Shown: positions 1 through 11,960 of the stretch, one piece after another | Numbering within the stretch: position 1 is the first letter of the stretch | How the letters are laid out: every line of letters starts with the position of its first letter | Origin: Somniosus microcephalus | Lineage: Eukaryota | Assembly (NCBI GenBank): GCA_052327205.1 | Contig: CM126209.1 | Span: 46,004,001-46,068,000, forward strand | Direction of reading: 5' to 3' | Length of the DNA stretch: 64,000 nucleotides | Notes under the pieces: generated by a model | Database searches by the model: none | What the model was told of the DNA's origin: nothing | The model's input: only the letters and a program-made list of their open reading frames with translations | Position numbers and translations under genes: made by a program

Positions 1-143
1 CTTCAAGACTTGGGCAGTAAACTGATGGAGCAGATCGCCTGCCTGTGCAATCAATGGAAATGGAAATCGGCCTGGTTCTATAATGTGCGGATGATCTGCT
101 CCACCAGTTTACTGCCCAGGCAGTGAAGGTGAAAATTACTCCC
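1..143. mobile_element. Palindromic MITE-like element, left end cut by the window edge
   Basis: TGGGCAGTAAACTGATGGAGCAGATC (11-36) is inverted at 93-118 with 1 mismatch. It ends GAAAATTACTCCC, similar to other MITE ends in this window. Confidence 0.55.
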
Positions 144-216
144 ACAGGTTCCATTAAGTTAACATTAAAAGGATAGTTGCCTTGAAATGTTTATGACTAA
201 GTTGCCTGCAAAATGA

Positions 217-482
217 GGCTACATTTACACTGCAACTGTTGTGCCTGTATGAAGCAACTTTGCTTCACACTAATGCTAAAATAATTAAGTGTAAATCCAG
301 ACACAGGGCCCAACCTGAATCTGAAGCAAAGCAGAGTAAAACTTCCTCCTCCTTTAGAGAGTTTCACTCTGCTTTATTTCAGTGTCAGGTTGGGCCTTGA
401 CTCTGGATCTACACTAAATTTTAACATTGGTGAGAAAGGAATCCGCTTTGCTCTATGGTACAGTTTTAATATAAATGCAGCC
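217..482. mobile_element. PIF/Harbinger-like hairpin MITE (~266 bp)
   Basis: The whole element folds back on itself: termini GGCTACATTTACA/TATAAATGCAGCC and inner arms ~289-343 vs ~360-414. Flanks are TGA/TAA, resembling a TWA TSD. Confidence 0.65.
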
Positions 483-1356
483 TAAGATTAGAGGCGTTCA
501 ATACTCTGAGAAGCTAAATTCATTCAGTAACCATTTTTAATTATGCTGCCCATAAAGAATCAGATTTTGCTTTTGTTAGATTGACAGGAGAGCACTATAC
601 AATATATTTAGCAGTAAGTGTAAGTAGCACCAATAGGACACAAAGTTCCCCTCAAATAATATATATTACCAACTGTCAAGAACCCATTTTTAAAATGGCC
701 ATGCACATTCAATATGGAATAAAAGATTGGTATTCTCCTAGCAGTATTATCGTGCGCAAGGAGATCAATCTTAAATGGTCTAGCATTGATAATTTCAATA
801 ATAGATTCCATTACTTCAGGCTTCCTGCTGTAGTGTACTTTTACAGACCCATAAATAAGTAATGCAGACATCCTATTTTACTCAATGTATCAAAAAATCC
901 TTGAACTTTAATATAAGGCTAGAATATGATAAGCAGAATTTCTGTAAGTCTAATTATAAATTGAACAAGCCTATGTAATTCATCAAAATGATTCCCATCT
1001 CTTTAATGAGTTTGGTCCACTTAAAGTTTGGTCCACTTAAAGTTTGGCAATTGATTTTAAATGGTTTGGAACTCATCTTTGTCACCTACATTAGGATTTT
1101 ATTCAAAGGATTGTAGAAATATGGGGGCACTGAATATTCTACTAATATTTGTTTTTTAATATAAAAGATATTAGTTTAAACAATATTTATTTTCTTCAAT
1201 AATGATTCAATCTCTAATATGAGTCAAATTAAATTGAAACCACATGGTTCTTAACTAAGAAACTATTACTGTGAATTCTAATATAACTTTGAGAGAAATT
1301 TGGCGTGTCAGAAATTGGGACAAGCAGACTTGCTTGTCATCAATTGTCAAGAATTT

Positions 1357-2378
1357 CTTCTTCTTCTTAGGCAGTCCCTCGGAACTGAGGATGATTTGCT
1401 TCCACACTAAAAATGAGTTCTCAGGTGACTGATGAGTCCAATGCGGGACCTACAGTCTCTGTCACAGGTGGGGCAGACAGTGGCTAAGGGGCGCGGGTGG
1501 GTGGGGTGCTTGGGTTGATGTGCGTTCCTTCCGCTGTTTGCGCTTGGCTTCCGCTTGCTCCCGACGAAGAGACTCGAGGTGTTCGGCGCCTTCCCAGATG
1601 CTTCTCCTCCACTTTGTGCAGTCTTGGGCCAGGGATTCCCAGGTTTAGGTGGGGATGTTGCACTTTTTCCAAGGAGGATTTGAGGATGTCCTTGAGGCGT
1701 TTCCTCTGCCCACCTGGGGCTCTCTTGCCGTGTCGGAGCTCCGAGTAGAGCGCTTGTTTTGGGAGTCTCGTATCGAGCATGCGGACAATGTGGCCCATCC
1801 ATCAGAGCTGATCGAGCATGGTCAAAGCTTCGATGCTGGGGATGTTGGCCTGAGCGAGAACACTGACGTTGTTGCACCTATCCTGCCAATAGATTTGCAG
1901 GATCTTGTGGAGGCAACGTTGGTGGTACCTCTCCAGTGCTTTGAGGTGCCTGCTGTACATGGTCCATGTCTCTGAAGCATACAGGAGGTCGGGTATCACT
2001 ACTGCTCTCTAGACCATGAGCTTGGTGCTGGGTTTGAGGTCCTGGTCTTCAAACACTCTCTTCCTCAGGTGACAGAAGGCTGCACTGACACACTGAAGGT
2101 GGTGTTGGGCTTTGTCATCGATGTCTGCCCTTGTTGACTGTAGGCTCCCGAGGTATGGAAAGTGGTCCACGTTGTCTAAGGCCTCGTCATGGATTTTGAT
2201 AATTGGGGAGCAGTACTGTGTGGCGGGGGCAGGTTGGTAGAGGACCTTTGTCTTATGGATGTTTAGTGTAAGGTCCATGCTCTTGTACACTTCGGTGAAG
2301 GTGTTGACGATGGCTTGGAGTTCGACCTCAGAGTGTGTACAGACGCAAGCGTCGTCTGCATACTGTAATTCGATGACA
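1357..2378 (-). mobile_element. 5'-truncated RTE-clade (BovB-like) LINE, RT C-terminal half plus C2H2-like tail, disrupted
   Basis: ORF pieces read ELQYADDACV, VDHFPYLGS, RLPKQALYSEL and CPTCDRDCRSRIGLISHLRTH. There is an (AAG)n 3' tail and a perfect 21-bp TSD GTCATCAATTGTCAAGAATTT at 1336-1356 and 2379-2399. Confidence 0.9.
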
Positions 2379-2649
2379 GTCATCAATTGTCAAGAATTTA
2401 TGAGTAAATTGCAACACTGTATTTTTACCAGTGCCTCAATGCTGCCCACTATTCAAGTTCAGCCAGTTATTTTGAATTGCTCATAGCTGAGCAGCGGCCT
2501 GCACCAGTTACGACTTTAACAGCAAAAATGAGCCTCTTCAGCCTCATAAGAATCAAAGTTTTTTGCCAATACAGATGTGTTGTGTGCAAAATGTTCTTGT
2601 CAAGCTGGTAAAAGTGACCAAAAAGCTACCTTACATCAACAGATTGGGC

Positions 2650-3275
2650 AAAAAGACAGAAACATTCTGCTGCCGCACGGACCCTGAATCATGCACAAGA
2701 AAACAGGCCTAAAATGTGCAGGATGCAATCGGGGCAGTTGCGCTGGGATCACTCTTGCTGGTGCACTCCAGCGCTGGCCCTGCTGGAGTTTGAAGGGTTA
2801 GTGGGAGGGAATCTCATTCGCAAAGGGCTGGCGGGCACCTGTGCCACTACAGTTATCTTGGGTACCCACCTGGCCTGTGCTGCTGGAAGCTCTGGTACTT
2901 AGCCACCATGTGTCAGAGGGCCAATACAAACATTTCTGATTTCCCTCCCCCCCCCCCCCATTCACCCCCACCATACTCTGGAGTCCAGGCCCACTTCCTT
3001 GCTTCTGGAGGCCAGTATTCCTCATCTCAGACCGAGTCCCTTATGGGGAAATGGAAACTCCCAGTGTAGGGAGTCCCCACCCCCTGGTCCCTCTGATGTG
3101 GCTGGCCTTGGAAGGGGCAGGTGGAGGCTCCATCTCATACAAGGCGGACTGCAATTTCCCAGCCATGGTCAGAGCCTGGCATAACCAGCTCCTGGTCCTT
3201 TTCTGAGCTTTTCCAACAGACCCCCGCAAGAGTTATGGTGGGAGTCTAGCGGAACAGCCGAGGGAATTCGGTCCC
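2650..3275. mobile_element. GC-rich degenerate DNA-transposon/MITE remnant
   Basis: GC-rich island ending GGGAATTCGGTCCC, like the GAATT..GGCC ends of other MITEs here. The left boundary is uncertain. Confidence 0.3.
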
Positions 3276-3508
3276 AACAAGTCTCGAAGGTGATCATCAA
3301 CTATAGTACAAGGATGTCCAACCTTTTAGAGCAATGGTCTGGATCTTTGTGACACAACTATTGAGTGGACTGTGTCTAATTAAGTCACTTTCAGGCAGAA
3401 TCATGATTAAACACAGCGGGCGCGATCTTCCCAGCCCTGGGGAGGCAGGTTTGGAAGCGGGACTGCCGGGAAAATGGCAGAATCTGGGGACGGGTGCCCA
3501 TCCTTTTG

Positions 3509-4042
3509 CAACAACTTGCATTTATATAGCACCTTTAACATAGTAAAATGTCCCAAGCCACTTCACAGGAATGTTTTCAGACAAAATTTGACTGAGCCAC
3601 ATAAGATATTAGGACAGACCAAGAGCTAGGTCAAAGAGATAGGTTTTAAGGAGTGTCTTAAAGAAGGAGAGATTCAGAGGCAGAGAGGTAAAGCAGGGAA
3701 TTCCAGAGCTTGGGGCCGAGACTCCAGAAGGCACGGCCACCAATGTTTGGGCAAAGGAAATCGGAGGTGCACAGGAGGCCAGAGTTGGAGGAAGGTTGTA
3801 GGCAATGTTCCCTGTCATTTTTTTTCCATGTGCGGACCTTCTAACTGGCTACGCGCCCATTCAAATCTTCGTGCAGACGTGCTTATTCCCATTGATAATC
3901 CAGTAAACAGCCTGCGCAGGACCTCCAGACCACTGCGTGGCTGCGCAGCTTAACAGAAACATTGGTTGTAGGGCTGGAGGAGGCTACAGAAAAAGGGAGG
4001 GGTGAGGCCATGGAAGGATTTGACCACAAGAATAAGAATTTC
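3509..4042 (-). mobile_element. L2-type LINE 3' fragment interrupted by a hAT MITE
   Basis: Tail ACAACTTGCATTTATATAGCACCTTTAAC and body are shared with the copies at 24308-24960, 31195-31885 and 51680-51915. Confidence 0.75.
3803..3964. mobile_element. hAT-type MITE, 162 bp
   Basis: TIRs CAATGTTCCCTGTCA / TAACAGAAACATTG and a perfect 8-bp TSD GTTGTAGG (3795-3802, 3965-3972). Confidence 0.85.
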
Positions 4043-4044
4043 AG

Positions 4045-4322
4045 ATACTTATCCAATTCCCTTGTGAATGATGATATAGTCTTTTCCTTCACTGCCATTT
4101 GTGGTGAAGCATTCTATGTTCTAATAGCCAGCTGCATGAAAAAAACTTCTAATTTACCTCTTCATTTTTCTAATTATAATCCTGAGTCTAAGCCTCCTTG
4201 ATTACAAATTTGTCAAATACTGGAAGCAATCTTTTATTATTTACCCTCTCAAAGCCTTCATTATTTTGAAAGCCTAGATTAGATCTCCCTCTTAGCTTTG
4301 TCTGCTCCAGTAAAAAGACCCT
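4045..4322 (-). mobile_element. Old CR1 3' fragment, continuing at ~9690-9870
   Basis: Degenerate match to the CR1 3' regions at 12395-13241 and 40295-41925. Confidence 0.5.
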
Positions 4323-4386
4323 GGGGTGAAAATGGACATGGGTGGGATGCAAAACAGGCAGTATCGCAAAAGTCGCCCGTTATACA

Positions 4387-4577
4387 TATTATGTCCGTGT
4401 ATAATTGAGACACGGACTGCAGGAGTTGGTTATAACAAGTCTTTACTGAATGGAGGCAACCTGGAACTACTATGCAAATGTTACTACACAGGCTTATATA
4501 CAGGGGTGGTCACTACTGGTACTGCAGTATACAGGGGCTGCAGAATATAGTTCCTTCTGCAAAGTACATACACTACA
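4387..4577 (-). repeat. 3' LTR of Gypsy element
   Basis: Direct repeat of 9358-9548, adjacent to the PPT. Confidence 0.95.
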
Positions 4578-4677
4578 ATTCCTCCCCTTTTAGCTAAACA
4601 GTACATAACATTCGATTAACAATGAAATAACATATTTACAATTACAGTTGCTAGATACATTAGTTGAAGTTAAGCAA

Positions 4678-7600
4678 TTATAAGTTCAGTCTTTGAGGAG
4701 GCTTCCTGATTCTGTCTGGATAACGCCTCTTTGGGGTATCAGGTTCTTCTGGCAAAGTTGAGTCGGGATCAATGTCGTTGTTTGGTTCGTCTGCTTCCAA
4801 TATCACCGATTCTGAGGTAGATGCAATTGGTACTTTGGTTTCATCACCAGGTGTATAGGATCGTGGTGTAGATTTGACGTTTTCCAGTGACTCTAGAATC
4901 TGGTCAGCATGGCGTCTTACAATGCTCTCTCAAACGTCCACAGTATACATTAGAGGTCCTTGCCGTGTGCAGATCGTTCCTGGCTGCCATTTCTCTGTGC
5001 GGTAGTCCCGGGCCAAAACTGGTTGACCTATCTTAAAACTCCTGGTCGGCCTTTCATTCATATTCTGAAACTGCCTGTTCTCCACATCTCTTCTGATGTT
5101 TGGCTTAACCAAATCCAAGCGGCATCGTAGTCTTCGATTGAAGAACATCATGGCTGGAGTTTGGTTGGTAACCGCATGTGTCGCATTCCGGTAGGCCAAC
5201 AAGAAGTTATCCACCTTGTGCTGTAGGGGTATATCTTCATTACACATTGCCTTGATAGCCTTCTTGAATGTTTGAACAAACCTCTCGGCCAATCCATTAG
5301 TGGCTGGATGATATGGGGCGGATGTGTAATGCTTAACACCTTTGTTCTTTAAGAACCTCCGGAACTCTTCAGACACAAACTGTGGTCCATTGTCGGAGCA
5401 AATCTGTTCAGGCAGCCCATTCCTGGCGAATATGGTTCGTAAGATTGTGATAGTTTTTTCTGTGGTGGTTGAGGACATTTTTATTACCTCTGGCCACTTT
5501 GAATGTGCATCCACCGCAATTAAAAACATCGAGTCCATAAATGGACCAGCAAAATCAATGTGCACCCTTTGCCATGGAGATGAGGGCCACTCCCATGGAT
5601 GTAGAGGGGCTTGTGGTGGGGCGTTTTGGACCTTCTGGCATCCTGTACAGCTCTTGGTCATCTCTTCGATTTCTCTATCGATTCCTGGCCACCACACAAA
5701 CGCTCTGGCTAAGTTCTTCATTTTTACCCCTCCCAGATGACCCTCATGAAGCTCATTGAGCACTCTATCCTTCAATTTGGGTGGAATTACTACTCTGGAT
5801 CCACACATCAAGGTTCCTCTGCACACTGACAGCTGTTCTCTTCTCGGCGAGAATGCTGGCAGCAGTGGTTCGCCATGTGCTGGCCACCCCTTCACCGTTA
5901 AATCATAGACCCAGGAGAGTGTCGGGTAATTTTGTGTTTCCTTTTCTATGTTTGCATTCGTCACAGGGAGACATTCGACTATGGTCGAGTGGAATATCTC
6001 CACTGGATCCACTGCAAGTTCTTCTTCCACCGTCGGCAACGGTAGGCGCGACAATCCATCAGCATTCCCATGCTGTTTAGTTCCTTTGTACTCAATGTCA
6101 TATTGGTGTGCCCCTAGGAAAAGGGACCACCTCTGTAGCCGTTGTGCTGTCATTATCGGTACGCCCTTCTGAGGGTTGAAAATGGAGACAAGAGGTTGAT
6201 GATCAGTAAGTAGAGTAAATTTCTGACCGTGCAGGTAGTGATTGAACTTCTTCACCCCCCACACCAGGCTGAGGGCCTCTCTGTCAATCTGGGCGTAGTT
6301 ACGCTCGGCTGAAGTTAACGAGCGTGACGCAAAAGCTATCGGCCTCTCTGAACCATCAAGGAATTTATGTGACAGTACCGCCCCAATGCCGTAGGGAGAC
6401 GCATCACACGCCAGTCTTATCGGTAGTGATGGGTTGTAGTGAGCCAATACTTCTCTTGAAGTGATTAGGTCCTTACTCTTCTGAAAGGCCCACTTACATT
6501 CATCGCTCCATTTCCATGCTACTCCCGTTTGTAGTAGGGCGTTCAGTGGGTGCAGAATTGTGGACAAATTCGGCAAAAACCTATGGTAGTAATTCACCAA
6601 TCCGAGGAATGACCTCAGTTGCGACACATTTTCAGGCGCTGGAGCCTTAACTACCGCTTCAATTTTGTCAGGGGACTTATGTAACCCCTCTTCATCAATC
6701 ACGTGGCCACAATACGATATCTGTTTCTTAAAAAACTCGCACTTGAAGCGATTGGCCCGTAGCCCATGTTCACGTAGTCTAGTGAGCACCTGCTCTAGGT
6801 TGGCAAGGTGTTCACTGTCATCTTCACCTGTCACTAGGATGTCGTCCAAGTAACACTGAGTCCCCGGAATTCCTTGCAGGACTTGTTCCATCGCTCTTTG
6901 CCATATCGCCGGAGCTGATGCTACTCCGAATACCAGTCGATTATACTGGTAAAGACCTTTGTGAGTGTTTGTCGTGAGATACTTCCTAGAGGATTCTTCA
7001 ACCTCCATCTGCAAATATGCTTGTGCTTGGTCAATTTTTGTAAAACGCTTCCCTCCAGATAGTGAGGCAAAGATATCTTCTATCCTTGGAAGAGGATATT
7101 GTACTATGTGAAGGACTGGGTTCACCGTCACCTTGAAGTCCCCACAGATGCGAACCTTCCTTGGCTCCTCAGACTTATTGTTTAACGTTTTCTTCATGAC
7201 AGGAACGATGGGTGTCGCCCACTCGCTCCAGTCTACCTTAGATAACACGCCTGCATTCTCCAGATTCTCCAGCTCTGCCTCGACGGCTGGGCGAATTGCA
7301 TATGGTACCGGTCTTGCTTTGAAAAACTTGGGAATTGCATTCTCTTCTATTTTTATCGAGGCGGTTACGCCTTTAAGAGTGCCCAGTTCTTGTTGAAATA
7401 CCTCTTTGGCGTTAGCTAAGATTGTTGACAATCGTCCAGGAGTGACGTCGTCATCTTTTTTACCAGCCACTGTCAGTGCCTGAATGGAGTGCCAGTCTAA
7501 ACTTATCTTTCTGATCCATTCACATCCCAATAACGGTGGTCCACCATCTGGCAGTATGTACAGATACAATTTCTGTCTTTCCTTGCCGTTGTATTCGACA

Positions 7601-8634
7601 GGCACCCTTATTTTTCCTCTGGGGTATACTTTTTGCCCCGTATACGTCTTCAAGACAATGGATGTCTCTTTCAAGGGTATGTGTGAGAATAGCCGCTCGT
7701 AGTCTCATCGATTCATGACGGTTAGAGCTGATCCTGTATCCAATTCCATTTTGACTTGGGACCCTGCTATCGTGAGGGTGACCCAAATGGTTCGGTGATC
7801 CTCTTTTGCGATTACGTTGTGAAGTTTGAGACAGCTTAGTCTCTTGTTCCCGGATTCACTATCGCTCATCTGGTCTTCAGAACTACTGTCTGTCATCTTT
7901 TGTACTTTCCTGTACGGTTCCTTAGTAGCCTTTTTGTTGTCGTTGGTCTTCTTCCCAGACCTGCAAACTCATGTAATGTGTCCCATCTTTCCGCATTTCC
8001 TGCATATTTTGTCCTTGGACCAGCAGTCCTTCTGGTCATGGGTTGTTCTGCCGCAGCGATAACATTTTGCAAATCCCCATGTCATTTCGTGGGTGTCGTA
8101 TTCCTGTGGCTTTTGCTGTATTTCCGCAGCTCCCCTTGCTGCTGCTTCGTACGATACTGCCACGCTGAAAGCCTTATCTAGTGTCAGCTCTTTCTCTGAG
8201 AGTAACCTCTTCTGGGTTCCTTCACTCAGGAGTCCACAGACAAATTTGCCCCGTAAGGTATCTGCCAGTCCTGCTCCAAACTGGCAGTGCTTTGATAGCT
8301 TGCGTAGTTCCGTAAGGTAATCAGCATTGCTCTCATCTTTATGCTGATTTCTCCTGTGGAATTTAAATCTTTCTGCTATCGGCAGCGGTGTAGGATTTAG
8401 GTGTTCCTGTAGGATAGCAACAATTTCGTTAAAACTCTTCGCCTTCAGTTTGGCTGGAGTAATCAGGTCCTGCAATAGGCCGTACGTTCTTGCGCCCATT
8501 AAGTTTAGCAGTACCGATGCCTTTTTCTCATCGGCTACTTCGTTTGCCTCGCAATATACCTCGACTCTTTCCACATACGTGGTCCAGTCTTCTATTGCAT
8601 TATCGAAGGCAGTGATATTGCCAGTCTTTGGCAT
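4678..8634 (-). pseudogene. Single-frame gag-pol polyprotein (Gag with two CCHC knuckles, protease, RT, RNase H, integrase) with three in-frame TGA stops
   Basis: ORFs 7969-8634, 7705-7896 and 4930-7674 share one frame, with stops at 7969-7971, 7705-7707 and 4930-4932. Motifs: CYRCGRTTHDQKDC, LDTGS, YLDD, CDASPYG, HEGH..CTGC, SDNGPQF, NGLAER. The frame continues RHADQI..RYPDRIRKPPQRLNL* to 4678. Confidence 0.93.
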
Positions 8635-8645
8635 CTTGGAAATCT

Positions 8646-8763
8646 AAGATGGCGCCTCCCGCGCTTTGCCTTCTTCCCCGATTTAACAAAATGGCGCCTC
8701 CCGTGCTTTGCCTTCTTCCCCGCTGGATTAAGATGGCGCCTCCCGCGCTTTCTGTCTTCTCCG
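8646..8763. repeat. 3 x 42-bp tandem repeat in the Gypsy 5' leader
   Basis: AA(G/A)ATGGCGCCTCCCG(C/T)GCTTT.. units start at 8646, 8688 and 8730. Confidence 0.9.
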
Positions 8764-9357
8764 CTGTTGCTAGCGCTGTTGCTGGCGTTTTATGCCTTGA
8801 TGGCGACGCCCTATGGTCTTTGCGCACTTCCCCCTGCGCTGCTGCTAACGCCGCTCTCCGCGGTTCCCGTGGCAACTGCAGCTCCTCACAGCTTTCTGCG
8901 CGTTTAATTTTTATTATTTCCCCGTCGTCGGAACAACCCTGTGGGACTCTTGCCTCCCTCTTCTCGGGTCTGTACACTGCCCGGCTTCGTAGCAGCGGCC
9001 GCGCCCTGTGTGCTCCACCCTCTCTCTCTCTCTCCTCTTCCCGACAACGCTGCTCGGCCTCGTTGCAAAGCCACCCACTCGAGCTCTAGACCGCCGCATC
9101 CCAGGAAGGATCAGTGTACTACCTGTCACCAGCCCGATTAGCTGAAGCACCTTCGACAGGATAACCAAGCCCCGCTCTCGACAGCCTCTCCTGCAAATCT
9201 TCAACTCCGCTGACTCAGAGGCGGATGCCCACGGTCGACGTCCGTTTCTTCTGTTTCTTTCTTCCTTCTGGCCTCGACCTCTGATAACTTCGCTTCAGGG
9301 ATGGATCCCCATGAGGTGGTGCAGACTGTAGGTAAGTTCGTATCTGCTCGTCGCCAG

Positions 9358-9548
9358 TATTATGTCCATGTATAATTGAGACACGGACTGCAGGAGTTGG
9401 TTATAACAGGTCTTTACTGAATGGAGGCAACCTGGAACTACTATGCAAATGTTACTACACAGGCTTATATACAGGGGTGGTCACTACTGGTACTGCAGTA
9501 TACAGGGGCTGCAGAATATAGTTCCTTCTGCAAAGTACATACACTGCA
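9358..9548 (-). repeat. 5' LTR of Gypsy element
   Basis: Direct repeat of 4387-4577, adjacent to the PBS. Confidence 0.95.
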
Positions 9549-11151
9549 ATACACTCTACCCAACATTCAGTTCCATTGACTTCGATGGAACTGAGTATCG
9601 GGTGTCTCGTATAGTGGTCGGCAAATGCAATTCCGCCTGTTTTGCGTCCCAGCCTGTGTCCAATTTCACGCTCCCCTCCCCCCACCACCCCGATATTTCA
9701 AACCTTTCTTTTTAACTATAACCCCTCATTCCTGGTATCATTCTAATGAATCTTTGCTGTACCCGATCCTTAACTTCTTATAATGGGGTGCACAGAATTC
9801 AACTGTGGCCTAACCGATATTTTGTACAAATTCAACAACACTTCCTTGCTTTATATTATATGGCCTTATTTATAGGACTGAGGCTAGTGGGTGGGTTAAA
9901 GTGGCCATTTCAACTGTGGCATGATGAGAAGTGATACTGGAGACACTATCATATATTGGGCATGGATAAACATTCTGGGATTTTATTTGATTACTGTTGA
10001 TGATCAGGCAGCATTTATGCAGAGATTTCTTTCAGGAGGTTAAATAAGTGGGGAATACCTCATGTGAGGGTAAGTTATATGTGGCCGATGAGAGACATGA
10101 TGGGTAATAGCCTTTTATTATTTGGCTTTAGTACATTGCGGAACATTTGTATCTGTCTTCCTTTCAATATATTATGCTTCATTAGACAGGTAAAAATTAA
10201 CTTCAATTTAAAACAACTTCGTAAATATGCTCAAAAATCACATTGATATAAGTTGAGAAAAATTAACTTATGCTGTATTTTTTTAATTTGTGGCCTCGTT
10301 ACCTAACCATCAGTGTTATGATTTTAAAGTATTTTCACACACATCGGCCATATTTCAAATTAAAAATTAGGTTTTTGTTTGCATCATTGAAGCTAATAAT
10401 TGAAATATGATGGATTCACAAAATATGGACGGATGCATGAAAAATGTGTGAAATAGTCAGGTTACAGATTATATATAATATGTGCAAAATGCAGATTATA
10501 AATGCTAAGACAGAATTGGAAGAACAGCCAACTTTAACTGGCCCAGACTGAAGTAGCATCCTTTGTGTCTGTATCCCTTTTTCCGTAATTGTCTCATTCT
10601 CTCTTCCTTTCATCCTCTCTGTATATCTTCTCTCCTTACACTCTGTTTCTCTCTCCCCACAATCTCTCTGTATATACTCTTGTCATACACATTCTATTTC
10701 TCCTCTCACTATTTCTTGATATTCTCTTGTAATTTCTGTTATTTTATGACCTTTGGTTCTATATCTGACCTTTTCATTGAAACACATAGCAATGGTCAAA
10801 ACCACACAATAGTAGACACAGATGGATGGGGTTTGAGGAGAATATTTTCAGTTGTGAATGTTCTTAAGTTCATTCTTCACATTACAGTGAAACCTGTGAA
10901 TTATGGACACCTAGGGGACTGACATCAGCTGTCTGTTTTTTGCAGGTGTCCATATTTTCCAAATGGTCATTGCACTGTATGTAGTTTTAGCCAGGTTTTA
11001 CGTAGATAGTCATCAGTTGATGAATTTTACTTGGTAAATATTCATATATTTTTGGATCCAGTGATAGCTCATTCTGTTAGCAGCCATTTTCTCAAATATT
11101 TCCTGAAGTTGACTTTGAACATATGCCTTATTTTTCATGATCATTAGATAT

Positions 11152-11960
11152 GGGGGTCTGGAGTTTCCACTTGATTGTGCTGTTTTGGTTTCTTGGCGCA
11201 ATTCGCCTGATATTGGTGTAACCAATGCCAAAGATTGCAGATTTTTAAGCGCAAATTGCATCCGGCGCAACTCGTGTTTCTGTGGTCTTTTGTGGTAGTT
11301 TTAGAAACATTGTGCTACATAAAACTGGCCATGGCCCCAGATCGAATTAATCAGCATTGGGAGTTTCCACTAATTGCGTCGTTTCCAGGCCTTCGAGAAG
11401 GCTCCAAAAATTAAACTGGATCTTTTGGACGCAAGGACATTAATAGGTACGTTTTGAAAAGTTTTGACTGAATTTTTTTTAAATTTATTAAGGAACTGAC
11501 TACTGTACCCCAATATAACTAGAAAATAGTTTTGTACAATTTTTATAAGTCATTTTCAGTCCTTTAAAATCATGTTAGTCACAAGTGGTGGATTAACTCT
11601 GTGATTTAAAATCCTTATTTTTTTGTGATAAACGCATTTTCTGCTGTATTGATCAAACGTTACCAGGTTACCACTCTTAAATATATCAAGGAATATTTTT
11701 TAAAGCAAAATTGTGTTTTAAAATGCTGCCCGATTGCGCTGGCTCATGGCAGGTTTTGCATTCGGCGATATGCAAATGAGTTTGAGCAGAAACTCGAGGA
11801 GAAAAACACTTCTCAAAATGGTCGCAATTTTGGGTGCAATTTTCTAGTTATATTGGGGTACAGTAGTCTGTTCCTTAGTAAATTTTTTAAAATTCATTTA
11901 AACTTTTCAAAACATACCTATTAATGTCCTTGCCTCCAAAAGATCCAGCTCTAAGTTTGG
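11152..11960. mobile_element. Rearranged MITE-like element with an internal ~120-bp inverted duplication
   Basis: Starts GGGGGTCTGGAGTTTCC; 11404-11527 is inverted at 11839-11960. Confidence 0.5.

Larger units (their letters stand above)
4387..9548 (-). mobile_element. Full-length Ty3/Gypsy (Mag-like) LTR retrotransposon
   Basis: 191-bp LTRs at 4387-4577 and 9358-9548 (3 mismatches), 5-bp TSD ATACA (4382-4386, 9549-9553), PBS TGGCGACGAGCAGA (9356-9343) and PPT AAAAGGGGAGGAAT (4591-4578). Confidence 0.97.
4323..9673. mobile_element. Palindromic MITE (4323-4386 + 9549-9673) split by the Gypsy insertion
   Basis: GGGGTGAAAATGGACATGGG..GGATGCAAAACAGGC pairs with GCCTGTTTTGCGTCCCAGCCTGTGTCCAATTTCACGCTC. 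Central hairpin CAGTTCCATTGACTTCGATGGAACTG. Confidence 0.7.

Noticed and set aside
4930-7674. 914-aa pol ORF as an active or domesticated gene
   Set aside because: It is bounded by premature TGA codons within a longer gag-pol frame of a complete LTR element, so this copy is disabled.
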